Below, piece by piece: positions 1 to 11,147 of a stretch of 34,019 nt of DNA; position 1 is the stretch's first letter, and the number at the start of each line of letters is the position of its first letter. A model generated the notes under the pieces. That model made no database searches and had not been told where the DNA came from. It saw only the letters and a program-made list of their open reading frames with translations. This DNA is from Mobula hypostoma (taxonomy: Eukaryota), in assembly GCF_963921235.1 (NCBI RefSeq), contig NC_086100.1:204974001-205008019 (forward strand), read 5' to 3'. The translations under genes were made by a program, and so were the position numbers.

Positions 1-140
1 TGTTCCCTCTCTTATTAATAATATAACCCAAACAAGCAGAGAGAGAACTCCTTACATCGCAGTTATTATTATAGAATAGCCATTTTTATTATAACAAAGA
101 AGCCATTTTCGCAGTAACATAAAAGAAGAAACTCCTTACA
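1..140 (-). mobile_element. Gypsy 3' LTR (partial, runs off window)
   Basis: Minus strand begins TGTAAGGAG at 140, directly after a polypurine tract and downstream of integrase C-terminal remnants. Confidence 0.7.
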
Positions 141-153
141 CTCTCCCCCCACC
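141..153 (-). promoter_or_regulatory. Polypurine tract of Gypsy element
   Basis: Minus strand GGTGGGGGGAGAG abuts the TGT LTR start. Confidence 0.7.
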
Positions 154-177
154 AAATAAAGTCATGTCCTCATGACA

Positions 178-938
178 TTAAAGGAGTTCACCAATGCTCC
201 ATGCAAAACACAAAACCCAACCCAGGTGCATAAAGCAATGACATAACTTCCCAGGGCGGTAGAGATCACACCCTGTTCTCCCGGCGCTACATAGGTCAAC
301 CTCTCCCGGGGGGGGAGGGGTTCTTTGAGACCTCCGTAACTCCTCTAATGACCCTTCTGGCTCACACCCCGAGTCTACCTGTCGAATCCTCACCCGCTCC
401 CTCACTGGGACCCCTCGTCAACTTGGTGCCCTCTGTCTCGGGTTCTGGTTCCACCCTCTCTCCCTCCAAGGCCGGCTGTATCCCAGGCCGCCCCCTCAAC
501 ACCCTCCCTCCTCTCACCTAACTCAGTGGGGCAAGGGTCAGGAGCCTTTCTGGTACCGGGGAATTAATGAACGGAAGCAGGTACCACACATCTGAATCAT
601 CCTTTTCCAAATCAGTATCCCCTTCCGGGGCAGGACCCAGCCCCGTCTCTGTCGCAGTGGGCTCTTCCCTCGCCTGCACCTCTGCAGCGTCCTTGAATTA
701 GGTGTAAACCCCAATTCGGTCTCTTGGTCTACCTGCACCTCTTGCCCTGGGGCAATACGTGGTTCTGATGGTGTACCTCGACAGGCCCTTCCCCGTCCTC
801 TGGTCTCACCCGGTAAACAGGTAGGTTCAGCATCTGGCTCTCTACCACATAGGGGGGTGGCTGCCCAGCGATCTACCAACTTGTGCTTACCAGGTAGTCC
901 TAAATTCCATTTGAGGACCCGGTCGCCCAGCATAAGTT
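178..938 (-). pseudogene. pol: Gypsy pol 3' end (integrase C-terminal region and tail), frameshifted
   Basis: GDRVLKWNLGLPGKHKLVDRW is a typical Gypsy integrase C-terminal motif. LRRSQR motif lies near the end. Confidence 0.75.
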
Positions 939-1014
939 TGAGAGAGCCATGGTTTTCAAGGGTTATTGGAAACTTGGTTCGGAAAAAGAGAGGGATCTGC
1001 AGTAAATATAGGCA
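939..1014 (+). mobile_element. CR1 family C, 5'-truncated, fragment 1 (ORF2 linker)
   Basis: REPWFSRVIGNLVRKKRGI..KYRQ. Continues at 3473 after the Penelope insertion. Confidence 0.75.
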
Positions 1015-1070
1015 AATTCACAGTACACTGGAGGAACTCAGCAGGTCGGACAGCATCAGTGGAAATGATG

Positions 1071-1108
1071 AGTCGACATTTCGGGCCAGAACCCTTCGTC
1101 AGGACTGA
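1071..1108 (-). ncRNA. Minimal type I hammerhead ribozyme motif in Penelope pLTR
   Basis: TCAGTC-CTGACGA-AGGGTTCTGGCCC-GAAAT-GTC-GACT: CUGANGA and GAAA cores, stems I and II, GUC triplet. GAAAC has become GAAAT by CpG-type decay. Confidence 0.75.
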
Positions 1109-1344
1109 ACAAAGAAGGAGGGGGAAGGATTTGACGAATGCTTGTAGGTTCAGTTGAAAGACCAGTAATTTGAAAGGCAAAGGGGTGGGGGAGGGGAAGC
1201 AGGGAGGTGACAGGCAGGAACGGTGAAGAAGGAATAGGGGAAACACAACGGGTAGCAGAAGGAGGCAGAACCATGAGGGAGGTGATAGGCAGCTGGGGGA
1301 GGGGGCAGAGTGAAATAGGGATGGAGGAAGGGAGGGGGAGGGAA

Positions 1345-2073
1345 TTACTGGAAGTTGGAGAATTTTACGTTCATACCAAGGGGCTGGAGAGTACCTAGAC
1401 AGTATATGAGGTGTTGCTCATCCAGCCTGAGTTTGGCCTCATCATGGCAGTAGAGGAGGCCATGTATGGAGATATCTAAACAGGAATGGGAAACAGAGTT
1501 GAAGTGGGTGGCTACCGGGAGATCCTGTCTGTTGTGGCAGACGGAGTGGAGGTGCTTGACGAAGCAGTCCCCCAATCTGTGTCGGGTTTCACCGATGTAG
1601 AGGAGGCCGAACCGGAAGCACCGGATGCAATAGATGACCCCAACAGACTCACAAGTGAAGTGTTGCCTCACCTGGAAGGATTGTCTGGGGCCCTGAATGG
1701 TGGCAAAAGAAGAGGTGTAGGGACAGGTGTAGCACTTACGCTTACAGGGATAAGTGCCGGGTGGGAGATCCGTGGGGATGGACGTGTGGACCAGGGAGTC
1801 GCGGAGGGACCGATCCCTGCAGAAGGCGGAGAGGGGTGGAGAGGGAAAGATGTGCTTAGAGGTGCGGTCCTGTTGAAAGTGGCGGAAGTTGCAGAGGATA
1901 ATGTGCTGGATCCGGAGTCTAGTGGGGTGGTAGATAAGGACAAGTGGAACTCTATCTCTGTTGTTGCGGGAGGATGGGGTGAGGGCCAAAGTGCAGGAAA
2001 TGGAGGAGATATGGGTGAGGGCATCATTGATGACAGCAGAAGGGAAACCACGATCCTTAAAGAAAGAGAACAT
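1345..2073 (-). pseudogene. Penelope C-terminal linker + GIY-YIG endonuclease
   Basis: PCKRKCYTC..HFTCESVGVIYCIRC..LLYIGETRHRLGDCFVKH..VATHFN. Confidence 0.85.
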
Positions 2074-2662
2074 TTGAGATGTCCTGGAATGGAAAGCCTC
2101 ATCCTCGGAGCATATGCGGCAGCGACGGAGGAACTGGGAATAGGGAATGGCATGTTTGCATGTGGCGGGTTGGGAAGAGGTATAGTCGAGGTAGTTATGA
2201 GAGTCAGTGGGCTTGTAGAAGATGTCAGTGGACAGTCTGTTTCCAGAGATGGAGACCGAGAGATCGAGAAAGGGGAGAGAAGTGTCCGAGATAGATCAAG
2301 TGAATTTGAGGGCTGGGTGGAAGTTTGAAGTAAAGTCAATGAAATTGACGAGCTCAGCATGGGTGCAGGAAGCAGCACCAATGTAGTCGTCAATGTGCCA
2401 AAGGAAAAGTTGGGGAGCAGTACCAGAATAGGTTTAGAGCAGACTGTTCCACATAACCAATGAAGAGTCAGGCGTAGCTGGGTCCCATGCGAGATCCCAT
2501 AGCTACACCCTGAGTCTGAAGAAAGTGGGAAGAGCCAAAAGAGAAGTTATTAAGTGTGAGAACCAGTTCCGCCAACCGGAAGAGGGTAGTGGTGGTGGGG
2601 AGCTGGTGAGGTCTATTATCCAGGAAGTAGCGGAGGGCTTTGAGCCCTTCTTGATGGGGAAT
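2074..2662 (-). pseudogene. Penelope reverse transcriptase fragment
   Basis: LVLTLNNFSF..GVAMGSRMGPSYA and a HIDDYIG (YIDD-type) motif near 2385. Interrupted by stops. Confidence 0.8.
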
Positions 2663-2820
2663 GGATGATGGTAGAAGGGAAACCACGATCCTTAAAGAAA
2701 GAGGACATTTGAGATGTCCTGGAATGGAAAGCCTCATCCTCGGAGCAGATGTGGCGGAGATGGAGGAACTGGGAATAGGGACGGGATTTTTGCATGTGTT
2801 AGGGTGGGAAAAGGTATAGT

Positions 2821-3107
2821 CTGAGACTGTTGGGGTCAGCTATTGCATCCAGTGCTCCCAGTGCGGCCTCCTCCACATCAGTGAAACCCGACGCAGATTG
2901 GGGGACCACTTTGTTGAGCACCTCCACTCCTTCCGCCACAACAGACAGGATCTCCCGGTAGCCACCCACTTCAACTCTGCTTCCCATTCCCATTCAGATA
3001 TGTCTATACATGGCCTCATCTACTGCCATGACAAGGCTAAACTCAGGTTGGAGGAGCAACACCTCATATACCGTCTAGGTAGTCTTCAGCCCCTTGGTAT
3101 GACATAG
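2821..3107 (+). pseudogene. Inverted duplicate of Penelope GIY-YIG domain
   Basis: ETVGVSYCIQCSQCGLLHISETRRRLGDHFVEH..VATHFN mirrors 1345-1655. Confidence 0.8.
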
Positions 3108-3343
3108 AATTCTCCAACTTCCAGTAATTCCCTCCCTCTCCCTTCCTCTATCCCTATTTCACTCTGCCCACTCCCCCAGCTGCCTATCACCTCCCTCATG
3201 GTTCCGCCTCCTCCTTCTACTACCCATTGTTTTCCTGCCAATGATGTCCCTGCTTCCCCTCCCCCACCACTTTGTCTTTCAAATTACTGGTCTTTCAACT
3301 GAACCTACAAGCATTCTTGAAGTCCTTCTCCCTCCTTCTTTGT

Positions 3344-3383
3344 TCAGTCCTGACACAGTGTTCCGGCCTGAAACGTCGACTGA
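3344..3383 (+). ncRNA. Second (degenerate) hammerhead motif in inverted pLTR
   Basis: TCAGTC-CTGACAC-AGTGTTCCGGCCT-GAAAC-GTC-GACTGA. Perfect 6-bp stem I, mutated core. Confidence 0.6.
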
Positions 3384-3472
3384 TGACACTGATGCTGCCT
3401 GACCTGCTGAAGTTCCTCCAGCGTACTGTGAGTGTTGCTTTGATCCCAGCATCAGCAGATTATTTTGTGTTT

Positions 3473-3713
3473 AATACATATAGGCAGCTTGGAAGAATTG
3501 AGGTGCTTGAGGACTATAAAGAATGTGAAAAGAATCTCAAGAAAGAAATTAGAAAAGCTAAAAGAAGATATGACGCTGCTACAGCAAGTAAGGTGAAAAT
3601 AAATAAAGGGTTTCTAGAGTTACATTAATAGCAAAAGGTTAGTGAGGGATAAAATGGGTCGCTTAGAGAATCAGAGTGGACGGTTATGTGCGGAGACAAA
3701 AGAGATGAGGGAA
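3473..3713 (+). mobile_element. CR1 family C, fragment 2
   Basis: YRQLGRIEVLEDYKECEKNLKKEIRKAKRRY. Homologous to 20960-21190 on the minus strand. Confidence 0.85.
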
Positions 3714-6137
3714 ATAGAACATAGAACATAAAATAGTACAGCACAGTGCAGGCCTTTCATCCCACAATGTTGTGTCGACCCTCAAACCCTGCCTCCCATA
3801 TAAGCCCCGACCTTAAATTCCTCCATATACCTGTCTAGTAGCCTGTTAAAATTCACTGGTGTATCTGCTTCCACCACTGACTCAGGCAGTGCATTCCACA
3901 CACCAACCACTCTCTGAGTAAAAAACCTTCCTCTAATATCCCCCTTGAACTTCCCACCCCTTCCCTTAAAGCCATATCCTCTTGTATTGAGCAGTGGTGC
4001 CCTGGGGAAGAGGTGCTGGCTATCCACTCTATCTATTCCTCTTATTATCTTGTACACCTCTATCATGTCTCCTCTCATCCTCCTTCTCTCCAAAGAGTAA
4101 AGCCCTAGCTCCCTTAATCTCTGATCATAATGCATACTCTGTGGCCTAACCAGAATTTTATAGAGCTGCATCATTACATCGCGACTCTTAAACTCTATCC
4201 CTCGACTTATGAATGCTAACACCCCATAAGCTTTCTTAACTACCGTATCCACCTGTGAGACAACTTTCAGGGATGTGTGAACATGTACACCCAGATCCCT
4301 CTGCTCCTCCACACTACCAAGTATCCTGCCATTTACTTTGTACTCTGCCTTGGAGTTTGACCTTCCAAAGTGTACCACCTCACACTTCTCGGGGTTGAAA
4401 CCCATCTGCCACTTCTCAGCCCACTTCTGAATCCTATCGATGTCTCTCTGCAATCTTTGACAATCCTCTACTCTATCTACAATACCACCAACCTTTGTGT
4501 CATCTGCAAACTTGCCAACGCACCCTTCTACCCCCACATCCAGGTCGTTAATAGCAATCACGAAAAGTAGAGGTCCTAGAACAGATCCTTGTGGGAGACC
4601 ACTAGTCACAATCCTCCAATCTGAATGTACTCACTCCACGACGACCCTCTGCCTTCTGCAGGCAAGCCAATCCTGAATCCACCTGGCCAAACCTCCCTAG
4701 ATCCCATGACTTCTGACTTTCTGAATAAGCCTACTATGTGGAACTTTGTCAAATGCCTTACTAAAATCCATATAGATCACATCCACTGCACTACCCTCAT
4801 CTATATGCCTGGTCACCTCCTCAAAGAACTCTATCAGGCTTGATAGACACGATCTGCCCTTCACAAAGCCGTGCTTGCTGTCCCTGATCAGACCACAATT
4901 CTCTAAATGCCCAGAGATCCTATCCCTAAGAATCTTTTCCAACAGATTTCCCACCACAGACGTAAAGCTCACTGGTCTATAATTAGCCGGACTATCCCTA
5001 CTACCTTTTTTTGAACAAGGTGACAACATTCGCCTCCCTCTAATCCTCCGGTACCATTCCCGTGGACAACGAGGACATAAAGGTCCTAGCCAGAGGCTCA
5101 GCAATCTCTTTCCTCGCCTCGTGGAGCAGCCTGGGGAATATTCTGTCAGGCCCCGGGGACTTACCCGTCCTAATGTATTTTAACAACTCCAACACCTCCT
5201 CTCCCTTAATATCAACATGCTCCAGAACATCAACCTCACTCATATTGTCCTCACCATCATCAAGTTCCCTCTCATTGGTGAATACCGACCTTGCTCACTT
5301 GCACAGCCTCCAGGCACATCTTCCCACCTTTATCTTTAATCGGTCCTACCTTCATTTCTGTCATCCTTTTTTTCTTCACATCATTGAAGAATGCCTTGGG
5401 GTTTTCCTTTACCCTACTCGCTAAGGCCTTCTCATGCCCCCTTCTTGCTCTTCTCAGCCCCTTTTGAAGCTCCTTTCTTGCTTCCTTATATTCCTCAATA
5501 GACCCATCTGATCCTTGCTTCCTAAACCTCATGTATGCTGCCTTCTTCCACCTAACTAGATTTCCCACCTCACTTGTCACCCATGGTTCCTTCACCCTAC
5601 TGTTCTTTATCTTCCTCACCGGGAAAATTTATTCATAACATCGTGCAAGAGATCTCTAAACATCGACCACATGTCCATAGTACATTTCCCTGCGAAAGCA
5701 TCATCCCAATTCACACCCGCAAGTTCTAGCCTTATAGCCTCATAATTTGACCTTCCCCAGTTTAAAATTTTCTTGTCCTCTCTGATTCTATCCTTTTCCC
5801 TGATAATGCTAAAGGCCAGGGAGCGGTGGTCACTGTCCCCCAGATGCTCACCCACTGAGAGATCTGTGACCTGACCCGGTTCATTACCTAGTACTAGATC
5901 TAGTATGGCATTCCCCCAGCCGGCCTGTGCACATACTGTGACAGGAATCTGTCCTGGACACACTTAACAAACTCTGCCCCATCTAAACCCTTGGAACTAA
6001 TCAGATGCCAATGAATACTAGGGAAGTCACCCATGATAACCACCCTGTTATTTTTGCACCTTTCCAATACCTGCCTCCCAGTCTGCTCCTCTGTATCTCT
6101 GCTGCTACCAGGGGGCCTACAGAATACCTCCAATAGA
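3714..6137 (-). mobile_element. CR1 family A, 5'-truncated (partial APE, RT, 3' UTR)
   Basis: YRPVS, DFSKAFDKV, GLPQGSVLGP, KFADDTK motifs. (TGTTCTA)n tail. Internal deletions, e.g. at 4140. Confidence 0.92.
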
Positions 6138-6776
6138 TTTTGGACAATTTCTTTTCTTCAGTATTCACTAAGGAGAAGGATATTGAATTGAATTGTGTAA
6201 GAGACAGAAACAAGAAGGGTAGTTATGGAAAGTATGATGATTAAAGAAGAGGTAGTACAGGCGCTTTTAAGGAATATAAAAGTGGATTAGTCTCCGGGTC
6301 CAGACAGGATATTCCCTAGGACCTTGAGGGTAGTTAGTGTGGAAATAGCAGGGGCTCTGACAGAATTATTTCAAATGTCATTAGAAACGGGGATGGTGCC
6401 GGAGGGTTGGCGTATTGCTCATGTGGTTCCCTTGTTTAAAAAGGGTTCTAAGAGTAAACCTAGCAATTATTGGCCTGTGAGTTTGACGTCAGTGGTGGGT
6501 AAATTGATGGAAAGTATTCTTAGAGATGGTATATATAATTATCTGGATAGACAGGGTCTGATGGGAACAGTCAACATGGATTTGTGCGTGGAAGGTCATA
6601 TTTGACAAATCTTACTCAACTTTTTGATGAGCTTAGCAGGAAAGTTGACGAGGGTAAAGCGGTGGATGTTGTCTGTGTGGACTTCAGTAAGGCCTTTGAC
6701 AAGGTTCCACACGAAAGGTTGGTTAGGAAGGTCAGTCGTTAGGCATTAATATCGAAGTAGTAAAATGGATTCAGCA
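6136..6776 (+). mobile_element. CR1 family C, fragment 3 (RT N-terminal half, 3' part missing)
   Basis: FSSVFTKE..VPEGWRIAHVVPLFKKG..PVSLTSVVGKLMESI. Collinear with fragment 2. Confidence 0.88.
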
Positions 6777-7671
6777 GTTTGTCAGGCAGGATTTTCCTTT
6801 AAGGAATCCATGCTGAGTTCTGCCTATCTTGTCATATGCCTCCAGGTACTCTGTAACCTCATCTTTGACAATCGACTCCAACAAATTCCCAACCACCGAT
6901 GTCAAGCTAACAGGTCTATAATTTCCTTTTTGCTTCCTTGCCCCCTTCTTAAATAGCGGAGTGACATTTGCAATCTTCCAGTCCTCCGGAAGCAGGCCAG
7001 AATCTATCGACTTTTGAAAGATCATCGCTAATGCCTCCGTAATCTCCACAGCTACTTCCCTCAGAACACGCGGGTGCATTCTATCTGGTCCAGGAGATTT
7101 ATCAACCTTTAGACTATTCAGCTTCCTGAGTACTTTCTCTGTCATAATTGTGACTGCGCACACTTCTCTTCCCTGCCACCCTTGAGTGTCCGGTATACTG
7201 CTGATGTCTTCCTCAGTGAAGACTTATGCAAAATACTCATTCAGTTCCTCTGCCATCTCCTTATCTCCTATTACAATTTCTCCAGCATCATTTTCTATCG
7301 GTCCTCTATTTATTCTCACCTGTCTTTTACTCTTTATATACTTGAAAAAGCTTTTAGTATCCTCTTTGATATTATTTGCTGGCTTCTTTTCATAGTTCAC
7401 CTTTTCCCTCTTAATGACCTTCTTGGTTTCCTTTTGTAAGGTTTTAAAAACTTCCCAATCCTCTGTCTTCCCACTAATTTTTGCTTCCTTGTATGCACTC
7501 TCTTTTGCTTTAACTTTGGCTTTGACTTCTCTTGCCAACCATGGTTGCATCCTTTTTCCACTTGAAAACCTCTTCTTTTTTGGAATATACCTGTCTTGCA
7601 CCTTCCTGATTTCTCACATAAACTCCAGCCACTGCTGCTCTGCTTTCATTACCGCCAGTGTCCCTTTCCAG

Positions 7672-8601
7672 TCAACTTTGGCCAGTTCCTCTCTCACTGT
7701 AATTTCCTTTACTCCACCGAAACACCGACACATCATATTTTGACTTCTCTTTTTCAAATTTCACAGTGAACTCAATCATGTTATGATCACTGCCTCCTAA
7801 GGGTTCCTTCACCTCAATCTCTCTAATCACCTCCGGTTCATTACACAATACCCAGTCCAGTACAGCCGATCCCCTAGTGGGCTCAACAACAAGCTGTTCT
7901 AAAAAGCCATCTTGCAGACATTCTACAAATTCACTCTCTTGAGATCCAGTGCCGACCTGATTTTCCCAATCTACTCGCATTTTAAAATCCCCCACAATTA
8001 TCATAACACTGCCCTTCTGACAAGCCTTTTCTATTTCCAGTTGTAATTTGTAGTCCACATCCCTGCAGCTGTTTGGAGGCCTATAAATAACTGCCATCAG
8101 GGTCCTTTTACCCCTGCTATTTCTTAGCTCAACCCATAAAGATTCTGCACCTTCCGATCCTATATCACCGCTTTCTAATGATTTAATATTATTTCTTACC
8201 AATAAAGCCATACCTCCCCCTCTGCCTACCTTCCTATCCTTCCGATACACCGTGTATCCTTGGATGTTCATCTCCCAGAGACATGCATCCTTTAGCCAGG
8301 TGTCAGTGATGGCCACAATATCATACCTGCCAATCTGTAGCTGTACAACAAGATCATCCACCTTATTCCTTATGCTGCGTGCATTTAAGTACAACACCTT
8401 AAGACCAGTATTTGATACTTTTCGCTCTGATTTCACTGCAACTTTATTGCACTGCAACTCATCCCAATGGCTACAAATTTGCCCCATCACCTGCCTGTCT
8501 TTCCTGACATCTTTACTGCTCACGAGCTTAGATTTATTTCTGTTTTCCCCTTCCTCCGCTCTATCATTCCGGTTCCCATCCCCCTGCCAAATTAGTTTAA
8601 A
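7672..8601 (-). pseudogene. CR1-D ORF2 apurinic-like endonuclease domain
   Basis: 283-aa ORF with APE motifs. The frame stays open upstream to TTTAAAC at 8601. Confidence 0.85.
8592..8601 (-). promoter_or_regulatory. Candidate -1 frameshift site T_TTA_AAC_TAA (CR1-D)
   Basis: -1 frame reads FKLIWQGDGN and is in frame with ORF 7672..8523. Confidence 0.6.
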
Positions 8602-9440
8602 TCCTCCCTAACAGGTCTTTCCCGCCAGGATATTGGTCCCCTTCGGGTTCAGGTGTAACCTGTCCTTTTTGAACAGGTCATACTTCCCCCAGAAGAGATA
8701 CCAATTATCCAAGAATCTGAAGCTCTGCCCCCTACACCAGTCTCTCAGCCACCCATTCATCTGCCTGATCCTACTATTCTTGCCCTCGCTAGCACGTGGC
8801 ACAGGTAGCAATCCTGAGATTACTACCCTGGAGGTCCTGCTTCTCAGCTTCCTTCCTAACTCCTGGAAATCTCTCTTCAGGACCTCCTCCTTTGTCCTAT
8901 CTATGTCATAGGTACCAACATGTACCAAGACAACTGGCTGCTCACCCTCCCCCTTTGGAATATTCAGGACCCGATCCGAGACATCCCGTACCCTGACACC
9001 TGGGAGGCAACACACCATGCGGGTATCTCTATCAGGCTCACAGAATCTCCTGTCTGTTCTTTTGACTATGGAATCCCTTCTGACTACCGCATTTCTCTCC
9101 TCCCTCCTTCTCTCCTGCACAACAGCGCCAGGCTCAGTGCCCGAGACCCAGTCACCGTGGGCGTCCCCTGTCAGGGCATCCCCCTCAACAGCATCCAGAA
9201 CAAGATATTTGTTGCTGAGTGGGACAGCCACAGGTGTGCTCTCCACTATCTGGGCATTTCCCTTCCCTCTCTTGACAGTGACCCAGTTTTCTGACCCCTG
9301 TAGCCTAGGGATGACTACCTCCCTGGAGCTCCTGTCTATCACCTCTTCACTTTCCCTAATAAGCAGTAGGTCATCAAGCTGCAGCTCCAGATCCCTAACA
9401 CGGTCTCTGATGAGCTGCATCTCGATGCACCTTGCGCAGA
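8592..9440 (-). pseudogene. CR1-D ORF1 (Zn finger/leucine zipper + SGNH esterase)
   Basis: CARC, LELQLDDL, RDSIV (GDS-like), HVGTYD, DRLHLN. Small deletion near 8607. Confidence 0.85.
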
Positions 9441-11147
9441 TAGAAACATAGAAAATAGGTGCAGGAGTAGGCCATTTGGCCCTTTGAGCCTGCACCACCA
9501 TTCAGTATGATCATGGCTAATCATCCAACTCAGAACCCTGCACCAGCCTTCCCTCCATACCCCCGATCCCTTTAGCCACAAGGGCCATATCTAACTCCCT
9601 CTTAAATATAGCCAATGAACTGGCCTCAACTGTTTCCTGTGGTAGAGAATTCCACAGATTCACCACTCTCTGTGTGAAGAAGTTTTTCCTAATCTCGGTC
9701 CTAAAAGGCTTCCCCTTAATCCTCAAACTGTGACCCCTCATTCTGGACTTCCCCAACATCGGGAAGAATCTTCCTGCATCTAGCCTGTCCAATCCCTTTA
9801 GGATTTTATACGTTTCAATCAGATCCCCCCTCAATCTTCTAAATTCCAATGAGTATAAGCCCAGTTCATCCAGTCTTTCATCATATGAAAGTCCTGCCAT
9901 CCCAGGAATCAATCTGGTGAACCTTCTTTGTACTCCCTCTATGGCAAGGATGTCTTTCCTCAGATTAGGGGACCAAAACTGCACACAATACTCCAGGTGT
10001 GGTCTCACCAAGGCCTTGTACAACTGCAGTAGTACCTCCCTGCTCCTGTACTCGAATCCTCTTGCTATAAATGCCAGCATACCATTTGCCTTTTTCACTG
10101 CCTGCTGTATCTGCATGCCCACTTTCAATGACTGGTGTATAATGACACCCAGGTCTCGTTGCACCTCCCCTTTTCCTAATCGGCCACCATTCAGATAATA
10201 ATCTGTTTTCCTGTTTTTGCCACCAAAGTGGATAACTTCACATTTATCCACATTAAATTGCATCTGCCATGAATTTGCCCACTCACCCAACCTATCCAAA
10301 TCACCCTGTATCCTCTTAGCATCCTCCTCACAGCTAACACTGCCGTCCAGCTTTGTGTCATCCGCAAACTTGGAGATGCTGCATTTATTTCCCTCATCCA
10401 AGTCATTAATATATATTATAAACAACTGGAGTCCCAGTACTGAGCCTTGCGGTACCCCACCAGTCACTGCTTGCCATTCTGAAAAGGTCCTGTTTATTCC
10501 CACACTTTGTTTCCTGTCTGCCAACTAATTCTCTATCCACATCAATACCCTACCCGCAATACCGTGTACTTTAAGTTTGCACACTAATCTCCTGTGTGGG
10601 ACCTTGTCAAAAGCCTTTTGAAAATCCAAATATACCACATCCACAGGTTCTCCCCTATCCACTCTACTAGTTACATCCTCAAAAAATTCTATGAGATTCG
10701 TCAGACATGATTTTCCTTTCACAAATCCATGCTGACTTTGTCCGATGATTTCACCGCTTTCCAAATGTGCTGTTATCACATCTTTGATAACTGACTCTAG
10801 CAGTTTCCCCACCACCGATGTTAGGCTAACCGGTCTATAATTCCCTGGTTTCTCTCTCCCTCCTTTTTTAAAAAGTGGGTTTACATTAGCCACCCTCCAG
10901 TCCTCAGGAACTAGTCCAGAATCTAAAGAGTTTTGAAAAATTATCACTAATGCATCCGCTATTTCTTGGGCTACTTCCTTAAGCACTCTGGGATGCAGAC
11001 CATCTGGCCCTGAGGATTTATCTGCCTTTAATCCCTTCAATTTACCTAACACCACTTCCCTACTAACATGTATTTCCCTCAGTTCCTCCATCTCACTGGA
11101 CCCTCTGTCCCCTACTATTTCCGGAAGATTATTTATGTCCTCCTTAG
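9441..11147 (-). mobile_element. CR1 family B, 5'-truncated, RT nearly intact, inserted in CR1-D ORF1
   Basis: ORFs 10525..11151 and 9517..10524 are one frame broken by a single TGG>TAG stop. KFADDTK. (TGTTTCTA)n tail. Confidence 0.93.

Larger units (their letters stand above)
1015..3472 (-). mobile_element. Penelope-like element: minus-strand RT + GIY-YIG body with an inverted plus-strand 3' arm
   Basis: RT and GIY-YIG motifs. 2821-3432 is the reverse complement of about 1015-1655. Flanked by agtaaatataggca (1001-1014) and aatacatataggca (3473-3486), a 14-bp TSD matching 12/14. Confidence 0.9.
6777..9440 (-). mobile_element. CR1 family D copy 1: ORF1, APE endonuclease and start of RT (3' part missing)
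   Basis: LYLNARSIRNK, AITDTWL, VGDF, GSDHN APE motifs. KSPGPD, YRPVSLTS. Esterase ORF1 upstream. Confidence 0.9.

Noticed and set aside
1486..2393. Long ORFs 1486..2328 (+, 280 aa) and 1668..2393 (-, 241 aa, Ser/Pro-rich)
   Set aside because: Antisense and alternate-frame shadows of the Penelope ORF caused by its strand-skewed composition. No domain motifs.
3714..3735. Short tandem repeats (tagaaca, tagaaaca, tagaacca, tataacca) as CRISPR or telomeric repeats
   Set aside because: They are 2-3-unit CR1 3' tails with no spacers, and the context is eukaryotic.
8608..9501. 297-aa ORF as a host SGNH hydrolase gene
   Set aside because: It is CR1 ORF1. Its N-terminus comes from the 3' UTR of an inserted CR1-B, and the GDS motif is mutated.
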